The notes under the pieces: generated by a model | What the model was told of the DNA's origin: nothing | Seen by the model: the letters and a program-made list of their open reading frames with translations, nothing else | Database searches by the model: none | Origin: Scenedesmus sp. PABB004 | Lineage: Eukaryota | Direction: 5' to 3' | Assembly (NCBI GenBank): GCA_014905635.1 | Contig: JABVCE010000002.1 | Location: 1,922,001-1,986,000, forward strand | Length of the DNA: 64,000 nt | Shown: positions 35,437 through 50,826 of the stretch, one piece after another | Numbering within the stretch: the stretch's first letter is position 1 | Layout of the letters: every line of letters begins with the position of its first letter | Translations under genes and position numbers: made by a program

Positions 35437-37507
35437 TCAGTAGACGAGCTCGGCCTTGTTCGCCGCGAGGTCGTAGCTGCCCGCCTCGGTCGGCGTCATC
35501 GCGAGCACGCGCAGCAGCAGGCTGCCGAGCCGCTCGTAGAGCGCGAGCTTGGCGAGCGGCCGCAGCAGCGCGGGCACGGTGCTGCTGCCGTTGCCGAGCG
35601 CGGAGAGCTGGTTGTTCACGCTGACCATCTTGTCCATGAGGTCCCAGAACACCGGGCTGTCCACGGTCGGCACCTGGCGGGCGGCGACGCGCGGCGTGGC
35701 GGCGGCGGCGGCCAGGTCAGGAGGGGGTGGGGGTGGGGGCGCGCGGCGGGCGCGGGCGCGCGGCGGGTGCTGCGGGCGCGGGCGCACCTCGGGGAAGATG
35801 CGCTTGCTGGTGTTGTTGGTCTCGATGATCACGTGCTTGCAGAACGCGGTCGTGTTGAGGCCGAGCGCCTCATAGAACGCGGAGCGCTGGTGGTCGTTGA
35901 GGTACATGGTGATGTAGACTGGGGGTTTAGGGTTGAGAGCGCGGCGCGGGCGGGCGGTGTGAGGGCGAGGCGCGCTGCGGTGAGGGGCTCGAGTTCAGCG
36001 GCGCGCTGCGCCGGCGTCGGCGCGCCCGCAGCGGCCGGCGTCGCGCACCGGTGAGGCAGAAGAAGCGCGTCCACAGCTTGGCCACGGTGCCCTGCAGCAG
36101 CTCCGGCTTGCTCTTGAGCAGCGCTGCGAGGAAGTCGCCGTGCCTGCGCAGGCACGCCGGCGCGCCGCGGCGGCCGCGCCGTGAGCGGGCGCCGCGCGGC
36201 GCGCGCCGGCGCGCGCGCGCAGCACCCGACCCCGCAGCGCCCGACCCTGCAGCGCCCCCAACGCACCTGCACTCGTCCTGGCACCAGGCCTCAAAGTACT
36301 CGAAGAGCGGGTAGAACTGGCACTCTGGGTTGCGCTGGAGGTTGCGGTAGATGGTGATGTAGCGCCAGTACCCGATCTTCTCGCTCAGGTACACCGTGTA
36401 CAGGATGTACTTGGGTTGGAAGAACGTGTACGTCCTGTGTGGGGCGGTGCGGGATGAGGGAGAGGGAGGGAGAGAGGGGGCGGGGCGAGGGCGGGCGGGC
36501 GGGCGGCCGGTGAGAGGCAGGCGGGCGGCGGCGCTGAGCTGCGCGCGCGCGCGGGTGGCCACGCCTCGCCGCGGCCGCCGCGCGGCTGCAGCTGCTTGTC
36601 AGCTCCTCGCCTGTTCTTGGTGAGGAAGCCGAGGTCGAGCGCGAGGTTGAAGTCGCTCATGGCCTTGTTGATGAAGCCCGCGTGCCGCGCCTCGTCGCGG
36701 GACATCATCTGGAAGATCTCTGGTGGGGATGGCGGTGGTGTGGATGTGGCGGCGCGGCGCGGGCGGCGGGCGGCGGGCGGCGGGGGCGGGCGTGAGGAGG
36801 GAGAGCGCGGGAGAGATGGCAAATGAGATCGTGATCTCAGGAGAGCCGCGCCGGTGGCGCGCGGAGCCGGCCGCGCGCGCACCCGCGACGGTGGGGTTGA
36901 CGTCGCGCAGGCGGCGCGCGAGCTCCTTGAAGAGCAGGAAGCCGGAGAACTCGGCGGTGCAGGAGCGCTCGAGGAACTCGATGAAGATGCGCCGCGTCTC
37001 GCCGGTCACGCGGTCGGCGGCGGCCTTGAACTTCTCGCTGCGCACAAAGTGGCGCTGGTTGTAGTCGGTCCGCATCTCGCCCAGGAAGGCCTCCAGCTCG
37101 GCCTGCTGCTCGGGCGCGATGTTGGCGGGGTCGACCAGCTCCGCCATGGCCTCAAAGTCTGCGCGCATCACGCGCGACGGCGCGGTGAGCGCACGCAGCG
37201 GTCGGCGGTCAGCGGCGCGGTCGGCGGCCGGTGCCGACCCGCAGCGCGCCTCGCGCGGCTGCCAGGAACACGCACCCGTGGTGTAGAAGCGGGGCGTGAG
37301 GACGGTGTCGGCGCTGGCCTTCTTGATGCCGGTGCGCATGAGCTCAAAGCCCATCTCGTCGGTCGCGGCGCTCGCCCGCGCGGCCACAACGCGCGCGCGC
37401 GATGCCAGACGAGCAGGCCGGCCCGCGCGAAGCGGCGCCGCCAGGGCGGCGCCGCGGTGCGCGGTCCCGGCCGCCTGCGAGCGCGACTGCATGGCGAGGG
37501 GGGCCAT
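35437..37507 (-). CDS. CRD1: Mg-protoporphyrin IX monomethyl ester oxidative cyclase (AcsF/CHL27 family), CRD1-like; 6 introns
   Basis: [60 protein letters not shown] and a transit peptide. CRD1 rather than CTH1 is judged from recalled sequence. Confidence 0.95.
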
Positions 37508-37553
37508 GGCTGCTGAGCGTGGCGAAAAAGAATCGGGGGAGCGACGGCGAGTG

Positions 37554-37580
37554 TCTTAGGGCCAATGGGCGGCCCTAAGA
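37554..37580. promoter_or_regulatory. 10-bp perfect inverted repeat with a 7-nt spacer, ~47 bp upstream of the CRD1 ATG
   Basis: TCTTAGGGCC-aatgggc-GGCCCTAAGA. Confidence 0.6.
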
Positions 37581-37976
37581 GGCCGGCGCGGAAGAACGGT
37601 GTGGCGTGCGCATGTTAGGCACGCAGCTGCCCGTCGATCTGAGATGGCGGGCACGAGGCCGCCGCTCGGTGAGCTCCCCTCGAGAAACGATTGACAAGAG
37701 CGCCGCGCGCGCAGGCCAGGGCCTTGCTGCTGGCCGGCGCGCGGCGGCGGGCTCGCCGGCTGCGCGCCGCCGGCCGGCGGCGCCGGCTGCGGCCCAGACG
37801 CTCGCGCGCCCCGCTTGATTGTTACAGGAGGCCGGGCGCGACCCGGGCGCGCCGCGGCAGCGGCAGCCGCCGTCGCGCACCGGCCGGCGCCGCGCGTTGA
37901 CCGGGCGAGCTGGTGCTGGTACATCGCGTGCCACTCGTGTGGTGTACAGCCCCCCCCCCTCCGCGAGCCCGGGGCC

Positions 37977-40622
37977 TCACCCCGCCAGCGCGAGCGCCGG
38001 CGCGGCGGCGGCCGCGGCGGTCGCGGCGGTCGCGGCGCCGCGCTGGCGCGCGTCGCACTCGGTGCCTTTCTGCGTGACGAAGCGGAAGAAGTCGCGCCAG
38101 AGCAGCTCGAACAGCAGCCACTGCATGCCTGCGCGCGGCGGCGGCGGGAGGGGGCGCGTGGGCGTGTGTGCGGCGGCGGCGGCAGGGGCGGCGCGCGCCC
38201 GACGTCGCCGAGGCACGCGCGGCGTCGAGGCACGCGCGGCGCCGCCCGCCCGCCCGCACCGGCGTCGGCCTCCTCGCCCGGCGCGCGCAGCTGCGCCGCC
38301 GCCGGCGCGGCGGCGGGCTGCGACTGGCGCGCCTGCTGCTGCGCCGACAGGCGCGCATAGAGCTCGCGCGGCGACAGGCAGCCGAGCGCGAGCCAGGGGC
38401 TGATCTTGCAGCAAAAGTTGGAGGGCGCGGACGCGCGCCGCGCGGCCGCGGCCGCCGAGGCCTCGCCGCGCGCCGCGGGCGGCGCGGGCTGGCCGCCGCC
38501 GCCGCGTGCGCGGCCAAAGTGCGCGACAAAGTCGCCCAGGCGGCGCAGCGCCTCGGACTCGCCGCCGCGCAGCTCGGCGCCCGCGGCGGCGCGGTCGGCC
38601 GCGCAGCGCTGCAGCGTGGCGGTGTCAAACCCGAGCTGGCGCAGGGTCGGGATGTCGCCGGGCGGCACGCTGCGCGCCGCGCGGGGCGGGCAGGCGCGCG
38701 CGTGCTGTGAGCGGCTGGGCGCGCGCGTGCAGCGCGCGGAAGCGGCCCGCGCGCGGCGCTGCCCCCGCCCCCGCCCGCCGCCCCCGTCGCCCCCGCCGCC
38801 CCGCGCGCGCCGCTCACGACGCGGCGGGCAGGCCCTTGAGCTGCGCCGGCGCCGCCACGGGCGCGCGCACGGCGCGGCCCTTGAGCGCGGACCGGAACTC
38901 CCCATAGCTGCCAGGCATGGCGGCCAGGCGGAAGGGCAGGTCGTCCACGTGGAACAGCGTGCCGCCCCACAGCACCTGCGCACGGGGCGACGACGGCCGC
39001 GGCGGCGTCGGACTCAGCCAGGCGCCCGCCCGCCCGCCGCGCGCAGACGCCGCCCGCGCGTGTGCGCGGCGGCGCGCGCGGCGCGGGCGCGGCCCGGCCC
39101 CGCGCGCGCGGGGCGGCGCGCCTTGAGCGCCGCGCCGGCGCGGTCGAGCGCGCGCGCGACGCCCGCCTCAAGCCGCGCCTCCTCCGCCGTCGCCTCGCCG
39201 TGGCAGTACACCGCGCCCGCGCCGACGGCGCGCACGAGCGACGGCAGCACCTCCTCTGCGCGGCGCCGGCGCCGACGGCGGCCAGACGGCGCGGCAACGG
39301 CGCGTGGGCCGCGCGCCGAGCCCGCCCGCGCCGCGCCGCGCCTGCTGGCCGCGCGCGCGGCCAGCCGCGCCGCGCCGCGGCGCGCCGCGCACCCGGCCTG
39401 CCGACGCGCACGACGAGGTCGCTGCCGGCGTCGCGCAGGCGCGCGCGCAGGTCGGCGAGTGCCTCGGCGATGAAGCGCGCGCGGTAGGGCCCCGTCTTGT
39501 CAAACCCGGTCCGGGTCTGGTCAGCCGCGGCGGCGCGGCGCGGCGCGGCGGGGCCGCCGGTCAGCCGCGGACGACCGCAGCGGCGGCGCGGGCGCGCGGC
39601 AGGGCGCGCGGCAGGCGCGGCTGCGCTCGCGGCGCGCGCGGCGCGCAGGGGGGGGGGGGCGCATGGGCGTCGGCGTCGGCAGCGCGGCGCTGCCGAGGCG
39701 CACCCGTCCGTACTCGCGGGGGTCGAAGACGTACACGGGCACCACCGACGTCGACGCGGCGCACGCGGCGGTGAGGGGCTCGTGGTCGTGCAGGCGCAGG
39801 TCGCTGCGGAACCACACGAGCGCCGGCTTGCGCCCGCCGGGCGCGCCGGGCGGGCCGGCGCCGCCGCCGCCGGCGCGGCGCGGCGCCTGCGCGGCGCGGT
39901 GTGGCATGGGGCGCGGCGTCGGCGGCCGCGGCGCGGGGCGGCGTGCGGCGTGGCGGGCGGGGGCCGGCCGGGGTCGGGCGCACCAGGGTGGGCAGCAGGC
40001 GGCGGGCGCCGGCGGCGGCGGGCGCGGCGCGCCTGCCCGGGCGCAGCGCGGGCAGCACCTGCGCGCGCGCGCGCGGGGCGGCGGCGGCGGCGGTTGCGGC
40101 GGTGATCGGCCCGCGGCGGCAGGGAAGGGGCGGCCGCGAGCGTCCGGGTCGCCGCGCTGCGCGCTCCCCCGCCTGGCGCTCTCACGTGGGCCGCCGCGGA
40201 GCGCGCCAGGCCCGCCAGCGCGAGCGCGCCCGCCGCGAGCGGCAGGCGCCAGGAGGCCCTGCCGCGGCCGGCGGCGGCCGTGGCGGCCGTGGCGGCCGCG
40301 GGGCGGGGCGCGGCCGCCGCCGCGGCGGCCGCGGCGGGGCGCCGCGCCGGCGCCGCGCCGCCGCGGCGCACGGCCGGCATGCCGCGCAGCGCCGCGGCGC
40401 CGCGCGGCGCGGTGGGGCGCGGCGCCGCGGCCGTGCGGCCGCTGCTGGCCGCCGCCGCCGCGGCGGCGCTCAGGCTCGCCAGCGGCGCCGGCGGCGGCGG
40501 CGGCGCGTCGTCTGCGGCAGCGGCGGCGGCGGCGGCGGCGGCGTGGGCGCGCGTTCGGCGTGCCACCCGCCCGGGCGCCGTGAGGCCAGCGTCCGTCAGC
40601 GGTGCGCACCCTGCGGGGCCAT
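37977..40622 (-). CDS. PHR2: Photolyase/cryptochrome-family protein, PHR2 type (C-terminally short); multi-exon
   Basis: [78 protein letters not shown] and [14 protein letters not shown], ending soon after. Confidence 0.88.
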
Positions 40623-40963
40623 GGCGCGAGGGGGGTGATCGCCGGCGGCGCCGCTGCTGTCGCCGCTGTCTGCTGCTGTTCCGGCCGCCGCTATGTCGCT
40701 GCTCCCCGCACGGCGCCGGGGGCCGCAGTGTGCGAGCACGGGGCAGGAGGCAGCGAACTGGGGCGCGCCGCGACGAGCGAGTCCGCGCAAACTCGCGCCC
40801 GCTGAACTGGCAGCTGCTGTCGCGCCCCGCCAGAGCGCCGCGCGCCCCTCGCCGCCCACTCTCCGCGCCCGGTCCCCTCCCGCGCGACCCGTTTCCGCCC
40901 CCTGCGCAGCGCGCCGCGCCGCAGCGCCAGGCCGCCCCCGCGCCGCCCGCGCGCGTCGCCAGG

Positions 40964-43949
<2,986 letters not shown>

Positions 43950-45037
43950 TGCGCCGCGGCAGCGGCGCGCCCGAGCGCGGCGGCGGCGCGCGCGTCGAAT
44001 AAGCTGCCGGGCCGCGCGCCGCGCACCGCGCGGCCCGGGGTCGGAGAGAGCCGAGCGCGACGGCGGCGGCGCGCCGCTGCGCCCGCCGCCCGCCCGCCCC
44101 GCATTGGGGGCGCACGAGCCGGCCCCGCCGGCGAGCGCGACGGAGCGGCGCGCGCCGCCGCGTGCGTGTGTTTGCGAGTGCCTTGCGCGCCGCGGCGGCG
44201 GCGGCGCGGCGAGGATTCGTGTCGCCATCACTTGCGTTGACGGGGCCGGCGGCGCGGGGCGCCCGCGCGGGCGCTGCGGGGCGGCGGCGGCCGTGGGCGT
44301 GGTTTCGCCGCGCCGCGCGCAGGTGCCGGGGCTGCCACACGCGGCAGCCCGAGGGAGCGGGGCAAGGCGCCGCTGCGTGCTGCGACGCACGCGGCTGGGC
44401 GCGCCCTTGGCTGGCGCCTGCACTCACACCCGAGCGCAGTCCGGCCCCCTCGCAGGCGCCTGGGCCGCGAGCGCGTGCGCCCGTGCGCGGCGCGCGCGCC
44501 CCGCTGCTGCCGCCGCAGCCGAGGCGGCGTCCTGGCAGCGGCTGCGGCCGGCGGCGGCGTGCTGCGGCGGCGCTGTGCTGCCGCTGCCCGCTGCTCCGCG
44601 CTAAGGGCCCAGCAGGCCGGGGCCGCCAACCAACGCCATGTTGGCTGCGCTCCGCCGCCTGCTGCGCGCTCTCACGCGCGCGCCGCCCCTGCCAGCCGCT
44701 GTGCAGGTCGGCGTGCGCTCGCGACCCGCGGCGGCGCTGGCCGCGCCCGCGCTGCGCCGCGCCGTCCCTGCCCGCCAGCCCCACTCCCGCATTGCAGCTG
44801 CTGCCCCCGCGTCCCATAATGCCCCGCTGCTGGGGCAGCTGGCTGAGGAATGCTCTGTTGTGTAACCTGCTCGGCTCGGTTTACCGCCGCCGCCGCCGCG
44901 CCCGAGCCGAGCACACAGCACAGGCCGTGCGGCAGCCCCCCGCCCCTCGGCCCCTCGGCCCCTGCCCGCCGCCCGCCTCCCGGTCGGGAGAGCTCGCCCA
45001 CGCGCGCAGTCCGCCCACCCGCCGCTGGTGCCCGCGC

Positions 45038-46546
45038 TCACGCGTGGCGCCGCCGCGCTGCCGCGGTCTTGGCGGTGCTCGCCGCCTTGACGACGCGCGG
45101 CTCAAGCGGCACCGCGTCGGGCGGCCCGCCGTCGGCGTCGCTGTCGTCGCTGTCGCTGTCGCCGCCGCCGCGCTGCGCGCCGGCGCGGCGCGGCGCGGCG
45201 CGCGCGGCGTCCTTGTCCTTCTTGGCCGCCATCTTCTCCACGATCATCCGGTGCGCCACGATGGTGCCGAGCGCGAGGAACGCAGAGGTCGTGAGGTCGA
45301 GGAACAGCTCGGCCGCCTTGGCCGCGCCCAGCGCGGACTCTGCAGGGGGCGGGCGCGGGTGAGCGCGGGTGAGCGCGCGCGCGGCCGGCCGGACGCGGCC
45401 CGCCGCCGCCGCCCGCTGGCGCCGCCGCCGCAACCGCGGCCGCACCCGGGGAGAGGGACGGGTACGCCGCCACCGCCCAGCGCGCGACCGCGTGCGCGTA
45501 CGCGTACGTCGCGACGCCGCCCGTGTGGGTGCCCTGGTGGTAGATCCACGCGGACAGCACCTCCTGCGCCGGGCGCAGCCGTGCGGCCGTGTTGCGCGGC
45601 CGCGTGGCGCGGCCATCGCCCTCGCCGCTCGCCGCCCGCCGCCTGGGCCGCGCGCCGCCTGCGCCGCGCGGCGCACCGTGGCGGTCATGAAGGCTTGGAT
45701 CATGTTGAAGGTCTTCAGCAGGGCCAGCGACTCCTTGGCGGCGCCCAGCTTGGCTGCGCCCGCGGCGACGGCGCGGCGGGACGGCGCTCGGCGGCGGGCG
45801 GCGCTCGAGGGCTGGCCCGCGCGCGCGTGCCGCAGCGGCGCCCGCCACAGCACAGCGCGCACCCTCGTTCAGGACGAACAACAGCATCCCCTCGCCCCCC
45901 GCGAGGCCCAGCACGTGGCGCGGGAAGGGCATGCCTGCACGAAAGGCGCGGCGGCGCGGCAGCAGCGGCGCGGGGGCGGCAGGGATGGGCGCGGGGCGCG
46001 CGGACGCCGGCGACGCGCCGCCGTCGCGGCCGCCGGCCGTGCGCCGCCGCCGCACCCGAGACGGCGTTGGCGCCGGCGTACCACGCGAGCTTCAACATCA
46101 CAAAGACGAGCTGCGCGCGGCGCGGCGGCGCGGCGGCACGGCGGCGCGGGGCGCGGGGCGCGGTCGCGCCCGCTGCGCTGGCCCGCCAGGCGCCGCGCGG
46201 CACGGTGCTGCCAAGCGGCGCTGCCGGGGGCGGCGGCGCGCGCACGTGCAGGGCGATGCACTTGTGCACGGACTGCTTGAACTCGGCCATGCGCTTGTAG
46301 CCTGCAGACAGCGTGCGCGCGGTGTGTGTGTGTGGGGGGCCGCGGGCAGCAGTCGAGCGCCGCCGCGCGGCGGCAGCGGCCGCCGCTGCCGCGCCGCGCT
46401 CACGGTCAACGATGACCTCCCGGTAGCTGTGGTCGCTGCCATCGGTGCCCGCCTGCAGACAGCGGCCAGGGGGGCGCGTGGGGCGCCGGGGCGGCGCCGG
46501 CGCGGCGCCGCCGCGCCGCGGCGGCCCGCACCGGCCGCGGCGGCAT
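45038..46546 (-). CDS. JAGN1: Jagunal-like ER membrane protein; ~6 introns
   Basis: N-terminus MPPRP|AGTDGSDHSYRE..YKRMAEFKQSVHKCIALH matches the recalled jagunal GTDGSD motif; four hydrophobic segments follow. Confidence 0.75.
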
Positions 46547-46996
46547 CTCGGCGGCTGGCGCCGGCGGCGGGGGCCCTGCGGGATGGCCCTGCGGCGGGTG
46601 CGGATAGGGCTACGGACAATGCAGCCTCCGGGCACGACTGGGGGTGATTTGCGCGCGGCTGAGCACTGATGCTGCGCGCGATTGTGCTGCAGCAGCAGCC
46701 GAACGTTGTTGGCGGTTGCGACGTCCACGGCGGCGCGGCTGGCGAGGAGCGGCAGTGCGTGGTCGATGACGCTCGGAGCACCAGCGAGCCCAGGGCAGGG
46801 AGGCCAGCGGGCGGGGGCGCGCGGGTCTGCTGATTCGCCGGCACCCCCGCGCGCCCACGCCGCCGCCCGGCCGCCACGCCCGCTCGAGAGCCACGCCCGT
46901 CGTCACCGCCGTCTCCGTCGCCTCCGCGCCCCACGTCGCGCCGCGCCGGGGCTTCCTGCAGGCACCCGCACGCTCGCAGCCCCCGTCCGGCGCGCC

Positions 46997-48048
46997 ATGG
47001 CGACGCAGGCCGGCGTGATCGGCCTCGCCCGCTTCCTGGGCCGCGCCGGCGCGCCCTGCGCGGGCGGCGCGGCGGCGGCCTTCTCCACGGCGGGCGGCGT
47101 GGCGGCGTACAAGCTGCCGGAGCTGCCCTACGCGTACGCCGCGCTGGAGCCGGTCATCAGCGGGCAGATCATGGAGCTCCACCACGCCAAGCACCACGCC
47201 GCGTACGTGGCCAACCTGAACAAGGCGCTCGAGGAGTACGCCGACGCCGAGGCGAAGCATGACCTGCAACAGATGATCGCGCTGCAGCCGGCCATCAACT
47301 TCAACGGCGGCGGTGCGCGCGCGCGCGGCGCGGGGCGTCCGCCGCGCCGCGCGCGGCGCCCGCGGCGCGCGGCGGCTCTGGCCGAGACCCCCGCGGCGCG
47401 CCGCGCCGCGCAGGGCACATCAACCACGACATCTTCTGGACCAACCTGGCGCCCGAGAAGGACGCCGCGCCGCTGTCGGGGCCGCTGCTGGACGCGGTCA
47501 AGGCGCAGTGGGGCAGCCAGGAGGCGTTTGTGTCGACCTTCAGCGCCAAGACCGCCGCCGTGCAGGTGCGCGCGCGCGGTGTAGATGGAGGCGCGCGGCG
47601 CGCGCGGCAGGCGCGCGAGCGCGCGCCGCGCCGCGCCGCGCCGCGCCGCGCCGCGCCGCGCAGGGCTCCGGCTGGGGCTGGCTCGGCTACAACAAGGCGA
47701 GCGGGGCGCTGGAGATCGCGACGTGCGCCAACCAGGACCCGCTCGCGGCCAAGGGCCTCGTGCCGCTGCTCGGCATCGACGTCTGGTGCGCGGGCCGCGG
47801 CCGCAGCCGCTCGCGCGCGCGCCACGCGCGCCGCAGGGCCGGCGCCGACCCGCGCCTCGCGCGCTGCGCGGCGGCCCACGCGCCGCCGCCCACGCGCCCG
47901 CGCCGCCGCGCCGCGCCGCTGTCCTGCAAGGGAGCACGCGTACTACCTGCAGTATAAGAACGTGCGGCCCGACTACCTCAAGGCCATCTGGCGCGTGGTC
48001 AACTGGGACAACGTGGCGGCCCGCTACGCCGCCGCCAAGGGCGCGTGA
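46997..48048 (+). CDS. MSD: Manganese superoxide dismutase with a mitochondrial-type presequence; 3 introns
   Basis: [44 protein letters not shown] and [11 protein letters not shown]. Confidence 0.97.
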
Positions 48049-48611
48049 CGCGCGCCGCGCGGCCACGCAGGCGCGCGCGGCGTGCTGCACGGTGGCGGCG
48101 GGCCGAGCTTGTTGGGCGACGCGGCGGCGGCAGGGGATGTAATAATGCAGGGCGTCGCGCCGCGCCGCGTGGGGTCGCGGCCGCGGGCGCGTGCCGTGGC
48201 GGCGATCGCGGCGCGGCGCGCGGCGGCGGCGCCGCGCGCTGTGTGGGCGCCCAGGCCGGGGCCTGCGCGGCTTCAGGCAGGCAGCCAGGCAGGCAGGCGC
48301 GCTGCGGCGGCGTGCGAGGCCCTCCAAGCCCTGGCCTCGCCCCTGCCGCCTGCGCGCACGGCACCGGCCACAGCTCGCCCCTTCGTAGACGGGTGCCGGC
48401 AGAGCGAGGCAGGCAGCTGCGCGCGGGCGCCCCTCGCCTGCCTGGCGCGCGCAGCCGCCCGTTCCGTGGCCCACGGTCCCGGTCACCGTCGGCCCCCGCG
48501 CCGTGCGCCGGCGAGGAGCTCGTGGCGCTCGCGCCTGCCAGCAGAGCTGCTGCTCTCTCTGCTGATGCTCGCCAGCCGTCAGGCGGTCCGGGGCGCCGCG
48601 CCCGCCCGCTG

Positions 48612-49833
48612 ATGTTCGCCCCCAGCATTGAGGCGCAGCACCCGCCCTCGCCGCCGGGCTACGCGAGCCTCGGCGGCGCGCCTATGCTCAGCGGCAGCCC
48701 GGAGCGCAGCAGCAGCAGCAGGAGCGCCCGGCGACCGCACGCGAGCTGCTGCGCCGCCCTGATGATGTGGTGGAGACTCATAGACTGCTTCCGCAGCAGC
48801 CAGGAGCAGCAGCAGGCGGTGCAGGCGGCGCGGCCCAGGTGCGCGCGCGGGAGTGGACCGCTGGCGGCGCGGCGCTGCTGCGGCGCGCCCGAGCGCACGC
48901 GCGCGCCCACGCCCCGCCGCCACGCAGGCCCGCGCCGGAGCCGCGCCTGGGGCACTACGTGGCGCCCGCGGTCTCGCCCTCGCCGCGCGCGGGCTCGCTG
49001 TCGTCGTGCGACGACGACCAGGACTATGAGCGCGGCACGCTCCTGCCAAAGGTGCGGCGCGCGGGGGCGGCGCGCGGGCGGCGCGCAGGCGGCGCCGGGC
49101 GCTCGGGCGGCGCCGGGCGCTCGGGCGGCGCCGGGCGCGGGGCGCAGACGGCGCGCAGGCGCGGGGCGGCGCCCGCCAGCCAGCGGGGCCCACGCCGCCC
49201 CGCGCCCGCCGCGTGCGCGCAGCGCCACACGCCCGAGCCGGGGGCGCGGCCCGGCGCGTCCACGTCGGCGGCGGCGGTCGTAGCCACGGCCGCGGGCGGC
49301 GCGGTGGCGGCGGCGGCGGCGGCGGCGCACGAAGCCGACGCGGCGGCGCAAGAGGCGCCGCGGCACCGGCGCACGGGCTCCGACAGCAGCCGCGGCAAGC
49401 CGCACGCCGAGGGCGTGCGCGCGCGCGTGCTGCCGGGCGGCGGCGCCAAGGGCGGCAAGGGCGGCACCATCGCGGCGAGCGAGTACGCGGCGGTCGCGGA
49501 GCTACTGGGCGTGGACGGCGACGACGAGGACTTCTGCCCCACCTGCCTCGAGCCCTACACCGACGGTGCGTGCCCGATGCGGCGTGCGCTGCGCCCCGCG
49601 CGGCGCGCCGCGTCGGCGTGCGCAGCGACGGGGGGCCGGCGCTGCGGCGGCCGGCGGCCGACGCGCCCCACATCGCCCTCCCTCCCTCCCCTCCCCCCGC
49701 AGACAACCCCAAGATCTTCACGCGCTGCGGGCACAACTTCCACATGCAGTGCATCTACGCGTGGCTCGAGCGCAAGAGCACCTGCCCGCTGTGCGAGAGC
49801 GCGATGGACCTGCAGGACGACATTCTGCTGTGA
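48612..49833 (+). CDS. RING-H2 E3 ubiquitin ligase with a C-terminal RING; 3 introns
   Basis: DEDFCPTCLEPYTD|DNPKIFTRCGHNFHMQCIYAWLERKSTCPLC. Confidence 0.9.
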
Positions 49834-49860
49834 CGCCGCGCTGCGGCGCGCGCCCGCCCG

Positions 49861-49940
49861 GCCGCGGCGTGCGCCGCCCGGCCGCGGCGTGCGCCGCCCG
49901 GCCGCGGCGTGCGCCGCCCGGCCGCGGCGTGCGCCGCCCG
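49861..49940. repeat. Minisatellite, 20-bp unit x4, in the RING gene 3' UTR
   Basis: gccgcggcgtgcgccgcccg repeated four times exactly. Confidence 0.92.
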
Positions 49941-50645
49941 GCGCGGCGCACGCCCGGCGCGCACACGCACGCGGCCCCCGCGCCGCGCCGGGCCTTGTAT
50001 TTCTAGCCGCCCGCCGGGGCGCAGCGCGCGCCGCGGCCATTGTACAGTGCTCCCGCGCCGGCGCCCCCGCCACCCAGCCCCTGTGCGGCTGCAGCGCGCA
50101 CGCGCCGGCCCCGGAGCGGGGGCGTCGTCGGCGCGCGGCTTTCATTTCACACCTGCCTGGGCGCCTTGACGCAAGCGGCGGCCAGCAAGTGCTGCGGGCG
50201 GGGGTGTGGGTGGGGTGGGCAGGCGGGCGGGCGGGCGGGCGGGCGCAACCAGGCGGGCAGGCGGGGCGGTAGCGGCGGCACCTTGTCTCTCCCTCTCTCT
50301 CCGTCTCTCTCTGTCTCTCTCCCCTCGCGGGGTGTGTGGCGCATCACGCCACGCCGCGGCAGCGCTCCGCGCGCGCCGCCGCGCGTCGTGCAGCCGGCCT
50401 GGCGCGCGGCGGCCGGTTCCGGGACGGAGCGTGCGTGTGCGGCCGCGCGAACCCAACCTGTGTGGCGATGCTGGTGGCGAGCGGGCGGTCGCGGAGTTGA
50501 GCTGGCGGCGGTCTCGAGTTGGCAGCGAGATAGCTAGCTAGCTGTGCGCGAGCCGCCTGCGCGAGCGAGCGAGGCTGTGCGACGCGGGGCGGCGGCGAGG
50601 GTTTCAACAATCGGGGCCTGGCCGACCCGCCGGCGCGCGACCCGG

Positions 50646-50826
50646 TCAGCCCAGCAAGGCCAGCAACTCATCACCGCCGGCGTCGCTGTCAGCCCAACAG
50701 CAAGGCCAGCAACTCGTCGTCGTCGGCGTCGCTGTCAGCCCAACAGCAAGGCCAGCAACTCGTCGTCGTCGGCGTCGCTGTCAGCCCAACAGCAAGGCCA
50801 GCAACTCGTCGTCGTCGGCGTCGCTG
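50646..50826. repeat. Tandem array of three exact 46-bp units plus one degenerate 43-bp unit, each carrying a gene's final codons and stop
   Basis: Unit tcagcccaacagcaaggccagcaactcgtcgtcgtcggcgtcgctg starts at 50689, 50735 and 50781; the degenerate copy starts at 50646. Confidence 0.95.

Noticed and set aside
35921..35940. TTTAGGG telomere-like motif in a CRD1 intron
   Set aside because: A single unit next to a 3' splice site; explained as a branch-point/pyrimidine region.
37977..38130. Photolyase lacking the distal FAD-binding region as a pseudogene or novelty
   Set aside because: Ending shortly after ELLWRDFF is the known architecture of plant and algal PHR2 proteins.
50646..50826. 46-bp repeats as a CRISPR array
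   Set aside because: The units are contiguous with no spacers, there are no cas genes, and the context is eukaryotic.
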